Source: an uncultured Thiotrichales bacterium
GTDB lineage: Bacteria > Pseudomonadota > Alphaproteobacteria > Caedimonadales > Caedimonadaceae
Direction of reading: 5' to 3'
DNA length: 58,212 nt
NCBI GenBank assembly: GCA_964424815.1
Contig: CAYRKI010000009.1
Coordinates: 1 to 58,212, forward strand
Shown: one piece after another, positions 46,483 to 56,313 of the stretch
Layout: every line of letters begins with the position of its first letter
Position numbering within the stretch: the first letter of the stretch is position 1
The notes under the pieces: model-generated
What the model was told of the DNA's origin: nothing
What the model saw: the letters and a program-made list of their open reading frames with translations, nothing else
Databases searched by the model: none
Program-made: the position numbers and the translations under genes

Positions 46483-46881
46483 ATGGAGAAACAAATGCAG
46501 ATTACAATTGACGGCAAAATCAACGCCCAGGAATTGAAAGTTATTTCTAGTATGCTGGTCGCTTATTTCGCCAAGTACCACATTGAGGGTTTTATTGCAG
46601 TCGACCTGGATCTTAAGCCTTTCAGTCAGCACACCAACCTTCCCATCACCCTCACGAAACAGAATAAGCTCATTGCTTGTCTTGAGGTTAAACGAGATTC
46701 AAGCGGAGAGTTTTTTATTGAAGAGATCACTCGGGACACGGCTGAAGCGCATGGATCATGGGGCACACAACCCTTTGAACAGCAATTCAAATATGCTTGG
46801 GGTTGGTATGTTGCTGCTGCCCTTATTACCTTGGTAATGCTAGCTTGGAAAAGTGGCTGGTTAATTTTTAAGTTTGGCTGA
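46483..46881 (+). CDS. hypothetical protein with C-terminal TM anchor
   Basis: 132-aa ORF with a C-terminal hydrophobic helix, WYVAAALITLVMLAW. No family recognised. Confidence 0.4.
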   Translation: MEKQMQITIDGKINAQELKVISSMLVAYFAKYHIEGFIAVDLDLKPFSQHTNLPITLTKQNKLIACLEVKRDSSGEFFIEEITRDTAEAHGSWGTQPFEQQFKYAWGWYVAAALITLVMLAWKSGWLIFKFG

Positions 46882-47042
46882 GGGGGATACTCTGCATTTT
46901 GCTTTTAAGGTCATGCAAAAAAGTAAGCTTTTTCTTGTGCTTTATCCGAAATTTAGCGGCAAAATTTTGCATAAAACTGCAAAAATTATATTTCAGGCGT
47001 TGATTTTCTCGTCATATCAGCCTAATGTTCGAATGTCTTAAG

Positions 47043-47118
47043 GGGCGCTTAGCTCAGCTGGTAGAGCATCTGACTTTTAATCAGAGGGTCACAGGTTCGA
47101 ACCCTGTAGCGCCCACCA
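47043..47118 (+). tRNA. tRNA-Lys (anticodon UUU)
   Basis: 76 nt. Acceptor stem GGGCGCT/AGCGCCC. D arm AGCTCAGCTGGTAGAGC. Anticodon stem TCTGA/TCAGA with loop CTTTTAA. T arm ACAGGTTCGAACCCTGT. Encoded CCA. Confidence 0.95.
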
Positions 47119-47338
47119 CCCTTAAAAATCCCATCTCTTGTTCCTTATCACATCCGAATGCACGCTTTGCTCTATGAGGCGCAGGTAAGATTATCCCATG
47201 ACCTTATTGTGTTTTGATACACTTAAATTGTATGCGCAGCCCACGCTGATTTTCCTGTTGACTCTTTATTAATTACAATAAGATAAAATTAGTGCTAATA
47301 AGGCATAACTGTATTTGTAAAATTGGAGATATCCTTCA

Positions 47339-48214
47339 TTGGATCAACTCAGAATCTTCTACTTTGCGGCTGAAGCAAAAAGCTTCACCAATTCAGAATT
47401 AAACTTAAGCCCTTCCGCCATCAGCAGACACATTAGCGATTTGGAATATCGCTTGAAAGTGCCGTTATTTCACCGCACCCCACGAGGATTGACGCTGACC
47501 GAACAAGGTGAAGTTCTTCTCACCTCTGCCAGGCGTATTTTTGCAGAAGTGGACAAAGCAATTGCGAATTTAGACGAATTGAAAGATGAACTTCAAGGAA
47601 CGCTGAAAATCGCCACACCCAACGGTTGGATTGCAGCAGTGATCGTCACCACCCTCACTGAATTCATGAAAGCCAACCCCAATTTGCGCCTTAATATCAC
47701 GACGACACTTCGTGCGCCCGATTTGCTGCTGGGGGATTTTGACATTGCGATCCATCCTTATATCCCTAATCAGCCCTCATTGGTGCAAAATTATTTGGCC
47801 TCATTTCACTTGAAGCTCTTTGCAAGCCCCGAATACATTGCAACCCACGGCATGCCACAGACAATTGAAGATTTAGACCATCATCAATTGATTGCCTACT
47901 CCGATGCCGATCATCCGTTTAACTCGATTGATTGGCACCTGACCTTAGGCGCCAAGCGCGGTGAAGCACGTGAGCCCTATTTGCGCGTAGCAGAACTGTA
48001 TACAGCCTGTGCCCAGGGGCTTGGTATTGCCAGCCTTGCCAGTGAAAACGTGCTCTTGCGCAACCAAACTCTGGTTCCCGTGTTGCCTGACATCTCAGGC
48101 CCTATCATAGAGGGATATTTCATTTATCCCAAACACTTGGAAGAATCAAAGCGCATCAAAACCATCGGCGCTTACCTGTTTGATCGCGCAAAGGAATACC
48201 GCACCAAGGAATGA
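47339..48214 (+). CDS. LysR family transcriptional regulator
   Basis: N-terminal HTH FTNSELNLSPSAISRHISDLEYRLKVPLFHRTPRGLTLTEQG, and a LysR substrate-binding fold. TTG start. Confidence 0.85.
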   Translation: MDQLRIFYFAAEAKSFTNSELNLSPSAISRHISDLEYRLKVPLFHRTPRGLTLTEQGEVLLTSARRIFAEVDKAIANLDELKDELQGTLKIATPNGWIAAVIVTTLTEFMKANPNLRLNITTTLRAPDLLLGDFDIAIHPYIPNQPSLVQNYLASFHLKLFASPEYIATHGMPQTIEDLDHHQLIAYSDADHPFNSIDWHLTLGAKRGEAREPYLRVAELYTACAQGLGIASLASENVLLRNQTLVPVLPDISGPIIEGYFIYPKHLEESKRIKTIGAYLFDRAKEYRTKE

Positions 48215-48277
48215 GGCAAAGCCGGTCCCATGGGGGCCACTCTAATTCTACTCTTGAGCCCTGTTGCCGTTCACACT

Positions 48278-49957
48278 TTATTCAGAGTAGTAACCATCAG
48301 GTATGTCGTAGGAATCATCTGCAGAAAAATCTGAGTTATTAGATGAATCGGAATTATATTCACTCTCACCGTTACTGACTTCATATACAGAGGGATGATT
48401 TCCGGTGCCATGAGCAATCTCGCCGAGAAATTCCTCGCTGTCCTGGTCAGAATCATAAAACTCTATACTGCACAGACGATTTTTTTTGAAATTCTTAACG
48501 ATAACTTCCCACATATCACTGTCCATATCCTCAGGCTTGGTACCTTCGCGATAATAAGTATATAGGGAACCGATAAAGTTATTTTTTGCCTTCACTGATA
48601 AAAGATCCGCCGTCACATTCAGGCTTGACCACATATTTCCCCTAGATTCAATGTAAACAGCGTAGTTTTGCAATTTAAGTTCTCCCAGCAAAACCATATC
48701 TCCAGGGGATGTGATTATTATAGATGGATAGCTTTTGATCTCATCATCGATGAGAATTCCCGGGCGCTGCAAAGTCTCATCAACACAACACGTGTAGCTA
48801 AAAAAGGGAATTCTTAGCTTGATGAAATCCAATTGTTTTTGATCTTGTGCAAGATAAATAGGCGGAACTTTACAATAAAATACGAATCCATATTGGACAC
48901 CAAGTTTGCCAAAATTAATCGTTGCCAAAGACGGGCAAAGGACTGAAAGAGGCAGGAGCGGCTTTTCATAGAGCTCACACTGAGCATCGACTGATTTTTC
49001 CATCGCATCCATGAAGCGTGTTCTATAATTGGAAGCCTCGATATTATCAAGAGCATCTGCCAACCTATTGACACACTCTAACGTGTTCAGCGTCATAGGT
49101 GTAAAATCACCCAACAATGAGATTTTACCTCTTGGCGTGATTGCAACACCATAAGGACGCCCAAGGGATCCGTCTAGACTCACAGTTTCTCGAGATTCCA
49201 CGAGAATTGCCTGACAAATAACGAGATCTTCATCGATTGGCACGAGTTCATCGTAATCCACAGCGGAGGCATCACGGACATAGGTAATTTTTTCATCGCT
49301 AAAACCAATCACATATCGATTCTTGATGGCCCGCAAATGCTCAGAGTCACGAAAGTGAATTTCTATGTTTTCACCATCACAGCAATAACATTGCATAAGC
49401 TTTAAAGCGTCAGGTTCTGGGCTAATTTTAAAATCCCTTAACACCACGCTGCGCCATTCTTGGGCGAAGATACTGGGAGAGTGATAAAAATCGGTATCAG
49501 CAATGGTTTTGAGAGCAAGAGTATGAGCTCTTTGAGTGACGTTCTTGAGGTTGGATATGTCTGCCATACTGAGATAACTGTGAATGCGTTGCCACAATTG
49601 ATCTGGTAAAACGCGATCCCACTGATTCAATAAACTCAAATTTTTTGTTGATTCCTTCAAACCTCGATCAGCTGCGCGGGTAAACCACAAGTAAGCTTGG
49701 TAATCATCTCCCAGATGCAAGTAACAGGAGCCAACATTATGTTGCGCTTTAGCATTTTTTCCCTCAGCCAGTGGTCGAAAAATTTCCAATGCTTCCCTGT
49801 AGCGCCCTTGCTTACGCAGAGCAACACCATTGTTATAAACACTATCTTCTTCAGGTTGTGAAACTACTGTTGAGGCGAAAGCTTTAGGTCCCTCAATTGC
49901 TAAAAGGCACAAAGTTAAAATGCTAACTTGAAGCGCATGAAAAAAAGACATACTCAT
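48278..49957 (-). CDS. signal peptide + Sel1-like repeat + F-box protein with acidic Ser/Asp-rich tail (eukaryote-like)
   Basis: Signal MSMSFFHALQVSILTLCLLAIEGPKAFAS. Sel1-like AKAQHNVGSCYLHLGDDYQAYLWFTRAADRG. F-box LPDQLWQRIHSYLSMADISNLKNVTQRAHTLA. C-terminal DSDQDSEE...SDSSNNSDFSADDSYDIPDGYYSE. Visibly AT-rich. Confidence 0.75.
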   Translation of the reverse strand: MSMSFFHALQVSILTLCLLAIEGPKAFASTVVSQPEEDSVYNNGVALRKQGRYREALEIFRPLAEGKNAKAQHNVGSCYLHLGDDYQAYLWFTRAADRGLKESTKNLSLLNQWDRVLPDQLWQRIHSYLSMADISNLKNVTQRAHTLALKTIADTDFYHSPSIFAQEWRSVVLRDFKISPEPDALKLMQCYCCDGENIEIHFRDSEHLRAIKNRYVIGFSDEKITYVRDASAVDYDELVPIDEDLVICQAILVESRETVSLDGSLGRPYGVAITPRGKISLLGDFTPMTLNTLECVNRLADALDNIEASNYRTRFMDAMEKSVDAQCELYEKPLLPLSVLCPSLATINFGKLGVQYGFVFYCKVPPIYLAQDQKQLDFIKLRIPFFSYTCCVDETLQRPGILIDDEIKSYPSIIITSPGDMVLLGELKLQNYAVYIESRGNMWSSLNVTADLLSVKAKNNFIGSLYTYYREGTKPEDMDSDMWEVIVKNFKKNRLCSIEFYDSDQDSEEFLGEIAHGTGNHPSVYEVSNGESEYNSDSSNNSDFSADDSYDIPDGYYSE

Positions 49958-50046
49958 AACCCCCTGTTTTTTTGTGCTTTTAGCATATCTTGCAGCAGCT
50001 GACTAGGAAGCGATATTTGCATTTTGAGTTTAGGTAAAAAGCGGAA

Positions 50047-50069
50047 GGGCCGACACGTATGGCCGGCCC
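50047..50069 (-). terminator. possible terminator downstream of secF
   Basis: GGGCCG...CGGCCC stem with an 11-nt loop. A-run before it and T-run after it on the plus strand. On the minus strand it is followed by TTCCGCTTTTT. Confidence 0.4.
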
Positions 50070-50112
50070 CATTTTTATGAGATAGAGTTCACTTTTCAGC
50101 TGATGAGATGCA

Positions 50113-51015
50113 CTACTCAGCCTTAGCTTCTGCCGCATCACCGCGGCGCACGTTAAAAAGCAGCAGCAGGTTAGCTGAGACGAAGATCGACGAAAACACA
50201 CCAAAGGTAATACCCACTAAGATCGGCAAACTGAAGTCGCGAATAACGGGTCCACCGAAGGTGCAAAGCGCGATCAGTGAAACAATAGTGGTACCAGCTG
50301 TCAGCACTGTGCGCGACAGTGTTTCGTTGGTTGATTTATTGATGAGTTCTGCCATGGGCATTTTTTTGAACTTACGCAAATTTTCACGAATACGGTCGTA
50401 AATTACCACCGAGTCGTTGATGGAGTAGCCGATGGTGGTCAAGATTGCAACAAAGGCTGTTTCCGAGAATTCAAGGCCAGAAAGGGTGTAAAAACCCATC
50501 ACCGCGATAGTGTCGTGAATAAGGGCCAAAATACCACAGACACCAAAGTACCATTCGAAGCGAAATGACACGTAAATCAGCATGCCTACGAGAGCAAAGC
50601 CTAAAGCCCAAATGCCGTTTTTGACCAGGTCATCGCTGACCTTAGGTCCCACGGTCTCTACACGCCGGTACTCAAGGTCTTTACTCTTTTCCAGCACAAC
50701 GGTTTGCGCTTCTTCACCGCCTTTTTGCTGCTCGATGCGAATCATTACATCACGATCAGAGCCAAACTCCTGGAGCTTTACGCTGCCCACATTAAGCTCT
50801 TCTAGGCTTTTGCGCGTACCCGCCACGTCTGCTTTTTCAGGAGTGCGCACTTCAATTAAGAAACCGCCTTTGAAGTCAATGCCGAGGTTCAGGCCGCGCT
50901 TAAAAAGGCTTGCAAACGATACAAGCATCACCGCAATGGAAAAAGCATAGATGTATTTACGAATACCAACGAAATCAATGTTGGTGTCATAGGGAACCAG
51001 GCGCAAGCCCTTCAT
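50113..51015 (-). CDS. secF: protein translocase subunit SecF
   Basis: NLGIDFKGG, TTIGYSINDSVVIYDRIRE, six TM helices. Confidence 0.9.
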   Translation of the reverse strand: MKGLRLVPYDTNIDFVGIRKYIYAFSIAVMLVSFASLFKRGLNLGIDFKGGFLIEVRTPEKADVAGTRKSLEELNVGSVKLQEFGSDRDVMIRIEQQKGGEEAQTVVLEKSKDLEYRRVETVGPKVSDDLVKNGIWALGFALVGMLIYVSFRFEWYFGVCGILALIHDTIAVMGFYTLSGLEFSETAFVAILTTIGYSINDSVVIYDRIRENLRKFKKMPMAELINKSTNETLSRTVLTAGTTIVSLIALCTFGGPVIRDFSLPILVGITFGVFSSIFVSANLLLLFNVRRGDAAEAKAE

Positions 51016-51027
51016 TGCATCGTCTCC

Positions 51028-52602
51028 TTAGATTGAAAGCTCTTTAGGTTTACGCCACTTGATCCAACCGACCAGCACCACGCGGGTAAGCGAGATCGCA
51101 GTAAACATGGAAATGGCAATACCAATGGTCAATGTCACGCCAAAGCCTCGGATGGGACCCGAGCCAAAGAAGTAGAGAGCTGCCGCACCAATTACAGTGG
51201 TGATGTTCGAATCTAAGATGGTTGCCATAGCGCGTTTATATCCGGCATCGATAGCAGCCATCATTTTACGTCCCAGACGCAGTTCTTCTTTAATACGTTC
51301 GTTAATAAGCACGTTCGCATCCACGGCCATACCCAGGGTGAGTGCTATACCCGCAATACCAGGAAGAGTTAAAGTGGCCCCAATCATCGACAGCACTGCA
51401 ACAGTTATGATTAAGTTAAAGCACATGGCGATATTGGCAACGATACCGGTAAAGGCATAAGCCACCAACATGAAGATTGCGACCATAATGACCGAGACGA
51501 TCGTTGCACGCTTACCTGCTTCGATGGAATCCGCCCCAAGATCGGGGCCGACAGTACGCTCTTCGATAACGGTTAGTGGTGCCACCAAAGCGCCAGCCCG
51601 CATGAGGAGTGCTAATTCGTTAGCTTCCTCAACTGTGAAGGTGCCGGTAATTTCGCCACTACCCCCTGGAATCACACCGTTGATAACCGGTGCGCTGATG
51701 ACCTTACCATCAAGGACGATGGCCAGCTGCTTACCCACATTTTCGCGAGTAATTTCAGCAAATTTCCGACCACCCATGGTATCGAACTGGAAATGCACCC
51801 TGGCGCGGTTGTACTCATCAAATCCTACACTGGCATTGACCAAGTTTTCACCACTCAGCAGCGGCTGTTTATAGATGGCATAAACCTCTGGGCGTCTGGA
51901 ATTTTCACGTTTTGATTCATTGCTTTCAGCCAACATGGTGCCTGGAGGGAGAATCCCTCGCGCCACATCTGCAGGAGAAGCATCAGGATGCACAAGATGG
52001 AACACCATCTTCGCGGTTTTACCAAGCAAACGTTTAACTGTTGATGGATCATCAAGGCCAGGTAATTGAACAACAATACGGTCTTCACCTTGGCGTTGGA
52101 TGGTGGGCTCCTTGGTGCCCAATTCATCAATACGGCGGCGGACAATTTCAATGGACTGATCAAGGATGTGCTTTTTGCGCTCTTTCAGTGCCTCTGGAGT
52201 CAGCACAATGCGAGCCGTGTTACCTTCAAGGATGACGTCTAATTCACGGTCCATCTTGCGTATGGCAGGTGCCACTGCTGCAACATCAGCCTGATCACGG
52301 ACCTTAAGAGTGATGGTATCATCAATTTGACGAAGATCAGTATATCCAATCTTTTCTTGGCGCAGGGTCTTACGCACCCCTTCTAGCGTGAATTGCATAC
52401 GATCTTTCAAGGCAGTTTTGACATCCACTTCAAGCAACAAGTGGGAGCCACCCTGTAAGTCAAGGCCTAGGTTTACCCGTTCAGTTGGAAACCAATGAGG
52501 CATCTTCACCAGGGCCTCAGAACCCATAAAGTTAGGCAGTGCGAACAAGATGCCCAACAAGCAGGCAACCCATACAACGAAGGACTTCCAGAAGGGCACC
52601 AT
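51028..52602 (-). CDS. secD: protein translocase subunit SecD
   Basis: NLGLDLQGGSHLLLEVD, GPDLGADSI, GMAVDANVLINERIKEE. Confidence 0.92.
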   Translation of the reverse strand: MVPFWKSFVVWVACLLGILFALPNFMGSEALVKMPHWFPTERVNLGLDLQGGSHLLLEVDVKTALKDRMQFTLEGVRKTLRQEKIGYTDLRQIDDTITLKVRDQADVAAVAPAIRKMDRELDVILEGNTARIVLTPEALKERKKHILDQSIEIVRRRIDELGTKEPTIQRQGEDRIVVQLPGLDDPSTVKRLLGKTAKMVFHLVHPDASPADVARGILPPGTMLAESNESKRENSRRPEVYAIYKQPLLSGENLVNASVGFDEYNRARVHFQFDTMGGRKFAEITRENVGKQLAIVLDGKVISAPVINGVIPGGSGEITGTFTVEEANELALLMRAGALVAPLTVIEERTVGPDLGADSIEAGKRATIVSVIMVAIFMLVAYAFTGIVANIAMCFNLIITVAVLSMIGATLTLPGIAGIALTLGMAVDANVLINERIKEELRLGRKMMAAIDAGYKRAMATILDSNITTVIGAAALYFFGSGPIRGFGVTLTIGIAISMFTAISLTRVVLVGWIKWRKPKELSI

Positions 52603-52616
52603 TGTTTTTTCTTACC

Positions 52617-53066
52617 TTATGCTTTTTTTGTGGGTTTTGCGGCAGTTTTTTTCGCAGCTGGCTTAGCATTTTTCTCTTCTTGATCAGCAGTATCTGCCTT
52701 TGGCGCTGCAACAGGAGTTGTTTTTGAGGTTACCTGCATGATGCTAGACTTCAGCATGGTCACGCGCACGCCATCAGCAATTTCAATCTGGACCTCGTTG
52801 CCAGCATCAATCTTTGCAATGCTGCCGATCAAACCGCTTGTGGTTATCACCTTATCACCACGGCGCAGCGCTTCTTGCATGTCACGCTGTTCCTTAGCCC
52901 GCTTTTGCTGGGGACGAATCAAGAGAAAATACATCACCACAAAAAACAATGCCAAAGGCGCCAATTGCATAGGATCAAATCCAGGACGTGCTGCTCCTGC
53001 TGCAGGCTCGGCATGGGCGACTGATAGAAGGCCAAGGGCTATTGCGATAGAACCGGTAAGGGGCAT
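52617..53066 (-). CDS. yajC: preprotein translocase subunit YajC with Lys/Ala/Pro-rich C-terminal extension
   Basis: LFFVVMYFLLIRPQQKRAKEQRDMQEALRRGDKVITTSGLIGSI. Tail ...[17 protein letters not shown]. Confidence 0.85.
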   Translation of the reverse strand: MPLTGSIAIALGLLSVAHAEPAAGAARPGFDPMQLAPLALFFVVMYFLLIRPQQKRAKEQRDMQEALRRGDKVITTSGLIGSIAKIDAGNEVQIEIADGVRVTMLKSSIMQVTSKTTPVAAPKADTADQEEKNAKPAAKKTAAKPTKKA

Positions 53067-53135
53067 GGTTTAATTACTCCGTTATATGTTGCGCTCAGTG
53101 TACCTATTTTTCAAAGTCCTGCAAAGCCAAAGACT

Positions 53136-54260
53136 TTAAGGGAGATACTCCTCAGGGTTCACCGGCTTTTTATCCTTGCGAATTTCAAAGTGCAATCTTG
53201 GCTCGGGTGTATTACCAGAGCTTCCTACGCTTGCAATCTGTTGCCCCTTAGCGACACGTTGGCCTGCCTTGACCAGTAATTTTTCATTATGGCCATAGGT
53301 GGTCATCCAACCGCCCTCATGCTTGATGATAACCAGATTACCAAAACCCTGCAGCTCGTTTGCAGCATAAGCCACGGTACCTGATTCAGCAGCCACAACG
53401 GGTGTGCCTTTCACCGCCTTAATGTTGATGCCATCATTTTTGAGACGCCCTTTATCGTGATTGAAGTGAGCGGTAATCACACCTGTGGTAGGCCAAATGA
53501 AGGAAGGTTGACCATTGGCTACCTCAGATGAGGTGGGCAAAGGAACGTCAGTAGGTGCTGGCTCAGCAGTTGCTTCAGCTTTTGGCTCAGCATTTTTTTC
53601 GAGTGGAGCTTCTTTGGCTGGTTTTGTGAGTGCTGAGGGCACCTTAGGTTCTGTACCTTCAGCTTCTGCACCTTGAAGCTCTGGCACATCCTCTTCAATC
53701 TCTTCTTCCATACCAGGAGGTGTTGACTTAATGTCTGGCGCCTTATCCTGGGCTTTCAATTGGGCCGGCTTGGTTTCAGATTTTGGCTCCTTGGGCGCTG
53801 ATGACGCAGGTTTTACACTCGTCTTTTCTTGCTTTTTAGCCGAATCTTTAGCGGGCTCAGGCTCATCTGCAAGGGTATCGAGAAGCTTATCAAAGTTTTT
53901 CCGATCTTTTTTAGGCTCAGTCGCTGACTTCTCTTGTTTGGCTTCATCCTTCACAGCTGGTTTTTCATTCTTTGGCGCTGCGGCAGGCTGCTTTGCAAGC
54001 GGCTCAGGAAACGCTTCAACTTCGAAGGGTGCTGCAGGCGTATCCACCAATTTTTCCGCTTTGATATTGTTGATCTTTGGCGCAGGTGGCAGGGGCGCAG
54101 ATTCCACCTCAACCATCGGCACTTCGAATGATTGACCTACCTTGGATTTGGCGGCCCCTTCGCGACCATAGACGACGGGTGCGGGCGGCCCTTTACGGTC
54201 CGAGCAACCGACTAGAGCACCAACCGCAACTACAGGTAAAACAATATTTATGAGACGCAT
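53136..54260 (-). CDS. M23 family metallopeptidase lipoprotein (NlpD/LppB-like)
   Basis: Lipobox ALVGCS, a long Pro/Ala/Lys/Glu linker, and a C-terminal LytM domain GINIKAVKGTPVVAAESGTV...GNLVIIKHEGGWMTTYGHN...LHFEIR. Confidence 0.85.
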   Translation of the reverse strand: MRLINIVLPVVAVGALVGCSDRKGPPAPVVYGREGAAKSKVGQSFEVPMVEVESAPLPPAPKINNIKAEKLVDTPAAPFEVEAFPEPLAKQPAAAPKNEKPAVKDEAKQEKSATEPKKDRKNFDKLLDTLADEPEPAKDSAKKQEKTSVKPASSAPKEPKSETKPAQLKAQDKAPDIKSTPPGMEEEIEEDVPELQGAEAEGTEPKVPSALTKPAKEAPLEKNAEPKAEATAEPAPTDVPLPTSSEVANGQPSFIWPTTGVITAHFNHDKGRLKNDGINIKAVKGTPVVAAESGTVAYAANELQGFGNLVIIKHEGGWMTTYGHNEKLLVKAGQRVAKGQQIASVGSSGNTPEPRLHFEIRKDKKPVNPEEYLP

Positions 54261-55021
54261 GGGAAGACCTTTTGCAATTCCTTACATGTGGCATCATGGG
54301 TTAAATCAAGGTGAAGCGGCGTAACCGAGATAGCTTTATGGTGGATTGCTTCAAGGTCAGTGGCTGCCGCATTAGGTGAGTGATCGCGGGGTGCCCCAAT
54401 CCAAAAGTAAGGCCGTCCCCTTGGATCTTTTCCTTCCACAAGTCCATCTACGATGGTGCGAAGACCTTGGTTCACCACCCGCACTCCCGAAACAGAGCTA
54501 ACTGGCACATCAGGAAAATTGATGTTCATCAAAACATTGCGGGGCCAACCATGAGCGATGAGTTGACGAATAATATCGGGCGCAAAATGTTCTGCCGTGC
54601 CCCAGCGGGTTGGATGACCATCGGTTTTAACTTGGCTTAAGGCAATGGCCGGCACGCCTAAGAGTGTTGCCTCCATGGCGGCGGCCACCGTACCTGAGTA
54701 CGTCACATCTTCGGCAAGGTTACCCCCCTTATTCACACCCGAGAGCACCAGATCAGGTAAATGATCCCGCATGAGCTTGTTGAGGGCCACCATGACACAA
54801 TCGGTGGGTGTGCCATCGACACAAAAGCGCTTATCTGAAATTTTGCGGGCGCGGATCGGACGATGGATGGTAAGAGAATGCCCTGCCCCGCTTTGCTCGG
54901 CCTCAGGTGCGACCACCCAAACATCATCAGTAAGCGTACGGGCAATTTTTTCCAACGTCTTCAGACCAGAAGCATGAATGCCATCATCGTTGGAGAGTAA
55001 GATGCGCATGGGTTTTGTCAT
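54248..55021 (-). CDS. surE: 5'/3'-nucleotidase SurE
   Basis: [43 protein letters not shown] overlap with the serS stop (plus strand 55018-55021 = TCAT). Confidence 0.9.
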   Translation of the reverse strand: MTKPMRILLSNDDGIHASGLKTLEKIARTLTDDVWVVAPEAEQSGAGHSLTIHRPIRARKISDKRFCVDGTPTDCVMVALNKLMRDHLPDLVLSGVNKGGNLAEDVTYSGTVAAAMEATLLGVPAIALSQVKTDGHPTRWGTAEHFAPDIIRQLIAHGWPRNVLMNINFPDVPVSSVSGVRVVNQGLRTIVDGLVEGKDPRGRPYFWIGAPRDHSPNAAATDLEAIHHKAISVTPLHLDLTHDATCKELQKVFPCVS

Positions 55022-56313
55022 GCGGTTTTTCCTTTTTGAATAATCTCAAGGCCACCCATGTAGGGACGCAAAACGGGGGGTATAACAACGCTGCCATCGG
55101 CCTGTTGATAATTCTCCAACACAGCGATCAACGTGCGTCCAACCGCAAGGCCTGAACCATTCAAGGTGTGCACAAATTCAAGGGGCCCACGATCGGCGCC
55201 TTCTTGGCTACGACGCACCCTTGCGTTCATACGCCTTGCCTGATAATCACCGCAGTTAGAGCAGCTAGAGATCTCGCGATAGGTATTTTCGCCAGGCAAC
55301 CATACCTCAAGATCATAGGTCCTCCTTGAGGTCGCGCCCGTATCACCACTACATAAAGCCATCACCCGGTAAGGAAGCTCGAGGAGTTGCAGCACTTTTT
55401 CAGCACAAGCCACCATGCGCTCATGTTCGGTAGCAGAATCTTCAGGTCGGGTGATACTAACCATCTCAACTTTGTAAAATTGATGTTGGCGAATCATGCC
55501 GCGGGTATCGCGCCCTGCTGCTCCTGCTTCCGAACGAAAGCAAGGTGTGAGGGCTGTCAAACGATAGGGAAGGCTTTGTTCTTCAACAATTTTCTCGCGC
55601 ACCAGATTGGTCAGAGATACCTCAGCTGTTGGAATTAACCAATGTCCTGTAGTGGTTTTGAAAAGGTCTTCGCTAAACTTAGGCAATTGACCGGTGCCAA
55701 ATACTGCCTCATCTCGCACCAACAGCGGGGGCGAAACTTCTTCATAGCCATGCTCGCGGGTTTGCAGGTCCAGCATAAAAAGACCAAGGGCACGCTCAAG
55801 CCTTGCCAAGGCACCGCGTAAGACGACAAAACGCGACCCACTCATGTTGGCCGCATCTTCAAAGCTGATGAGGCCCAGATCTTCGCCCAACTCAAAGTGA
55901 AGCTTTGGCTTAAAACCATAGTCTTTTGGTTGGCCCCAGCTGCGGATCATGATGTTGCCTGTCTCATCCTGTCCTTCGGGCACCGCATCCTCCAAGATAT
56001 TCGGGAGAGTGACCAAAAGGTGGTGCAAAGCTTCAGCATCTTTGCGCTCTAGTTCTTCTAATTCAGGTAAGCGTTGTTTGATCTCATTAGCACGCGCCAC
56101 CATCTCATCGGCATTCTCCCCGCGCTGCTTGCGGGCGCCAATGTCCTTGGCAAGAGTATTGCGTTCGGCCTGCAGGGCTTGTTTTTCCGTAACCCAGCGG
56201 CGCACTTCTTGGTCAAGACGCAAAATCTCAGCAGAGGCAGCAGGGAGTCCACGACGCCCAAGGCTACGATCCAAAATTTCAGGATTCTCACGAATAAGAC
56301 GAATATCTAACAC
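55018..56313 (-). CDS. serS: serine--tRNA ligase
   Basis: [12 protein letters not shown], coiled-coil arm, class II motifs [25 protein letters not shown] and [18 protein letters not shown]. The GTG start abuts the tatC stop. Confidence 0.95.
   Translation of the reverse strand: MLDIRLIRENPEILDRSLGRRGLPAASAEILRLDQEVRRWVTEKQALQAERNTLAKDIGARKQRGENADEMVARANEIKQRLPELEELERKDAEALHHLLVTLPNILEDAVPEGQDETGNIMIRSWGQPKDYGFKPKLHFELGEDLGLISFEDAANMSGSRFVVLRGALARLERALGLFMLDLQTREHGYEEVSPPLLVRDEAVFGTGQLPKFSEDLFKTTTGHWLIPTAEVSLTNLVREKIVEEQSLPYRLTALTPCFRSEAGAAGRDTRGMIRQHQFYKVEMVSITRPEDSATEHERMVACAEKVLQLLELPYRVMALCSGDTGATSRRTYDLEVWLPGENTYREISSCSNCGDYQARRMNARVRRSQEGADRGPLEFVHTLNGSGLAVGRTLIAVLENYQQADGSVVIPPVLRPYMGGLEIIQKGKTA

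Noticed and set aside
46959-46970. Perfect 12-nt palindrome GCAAAATTTTGC, with several TGCAAAA copies, upstream of tRNA-Lys
   Set aside because: Short A/T palindromes are expected by chance in an AT-rich intergenic region. No cognate regulator or second site supports a function.
47119-47338. Looked for an integrase, an att-type direct repeat of the tRNA-Lys 3' end, or IS remnants flanking the 47-50 kb segment
   Set aside because: None was seen by eye, so the segment is reported only as a compositionally odd accessory patch, not as a mobile element.
54248-54260. Absence of pcm (protein-L-isoaspartate methyltransferase) between surE and the M23/NlpD-like gene
   Set aside because: surE overlaps the M23 gene by 13 nt, leaving no room for a pcm remnant. 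This is a simple gene-order variant and not informative on its own.
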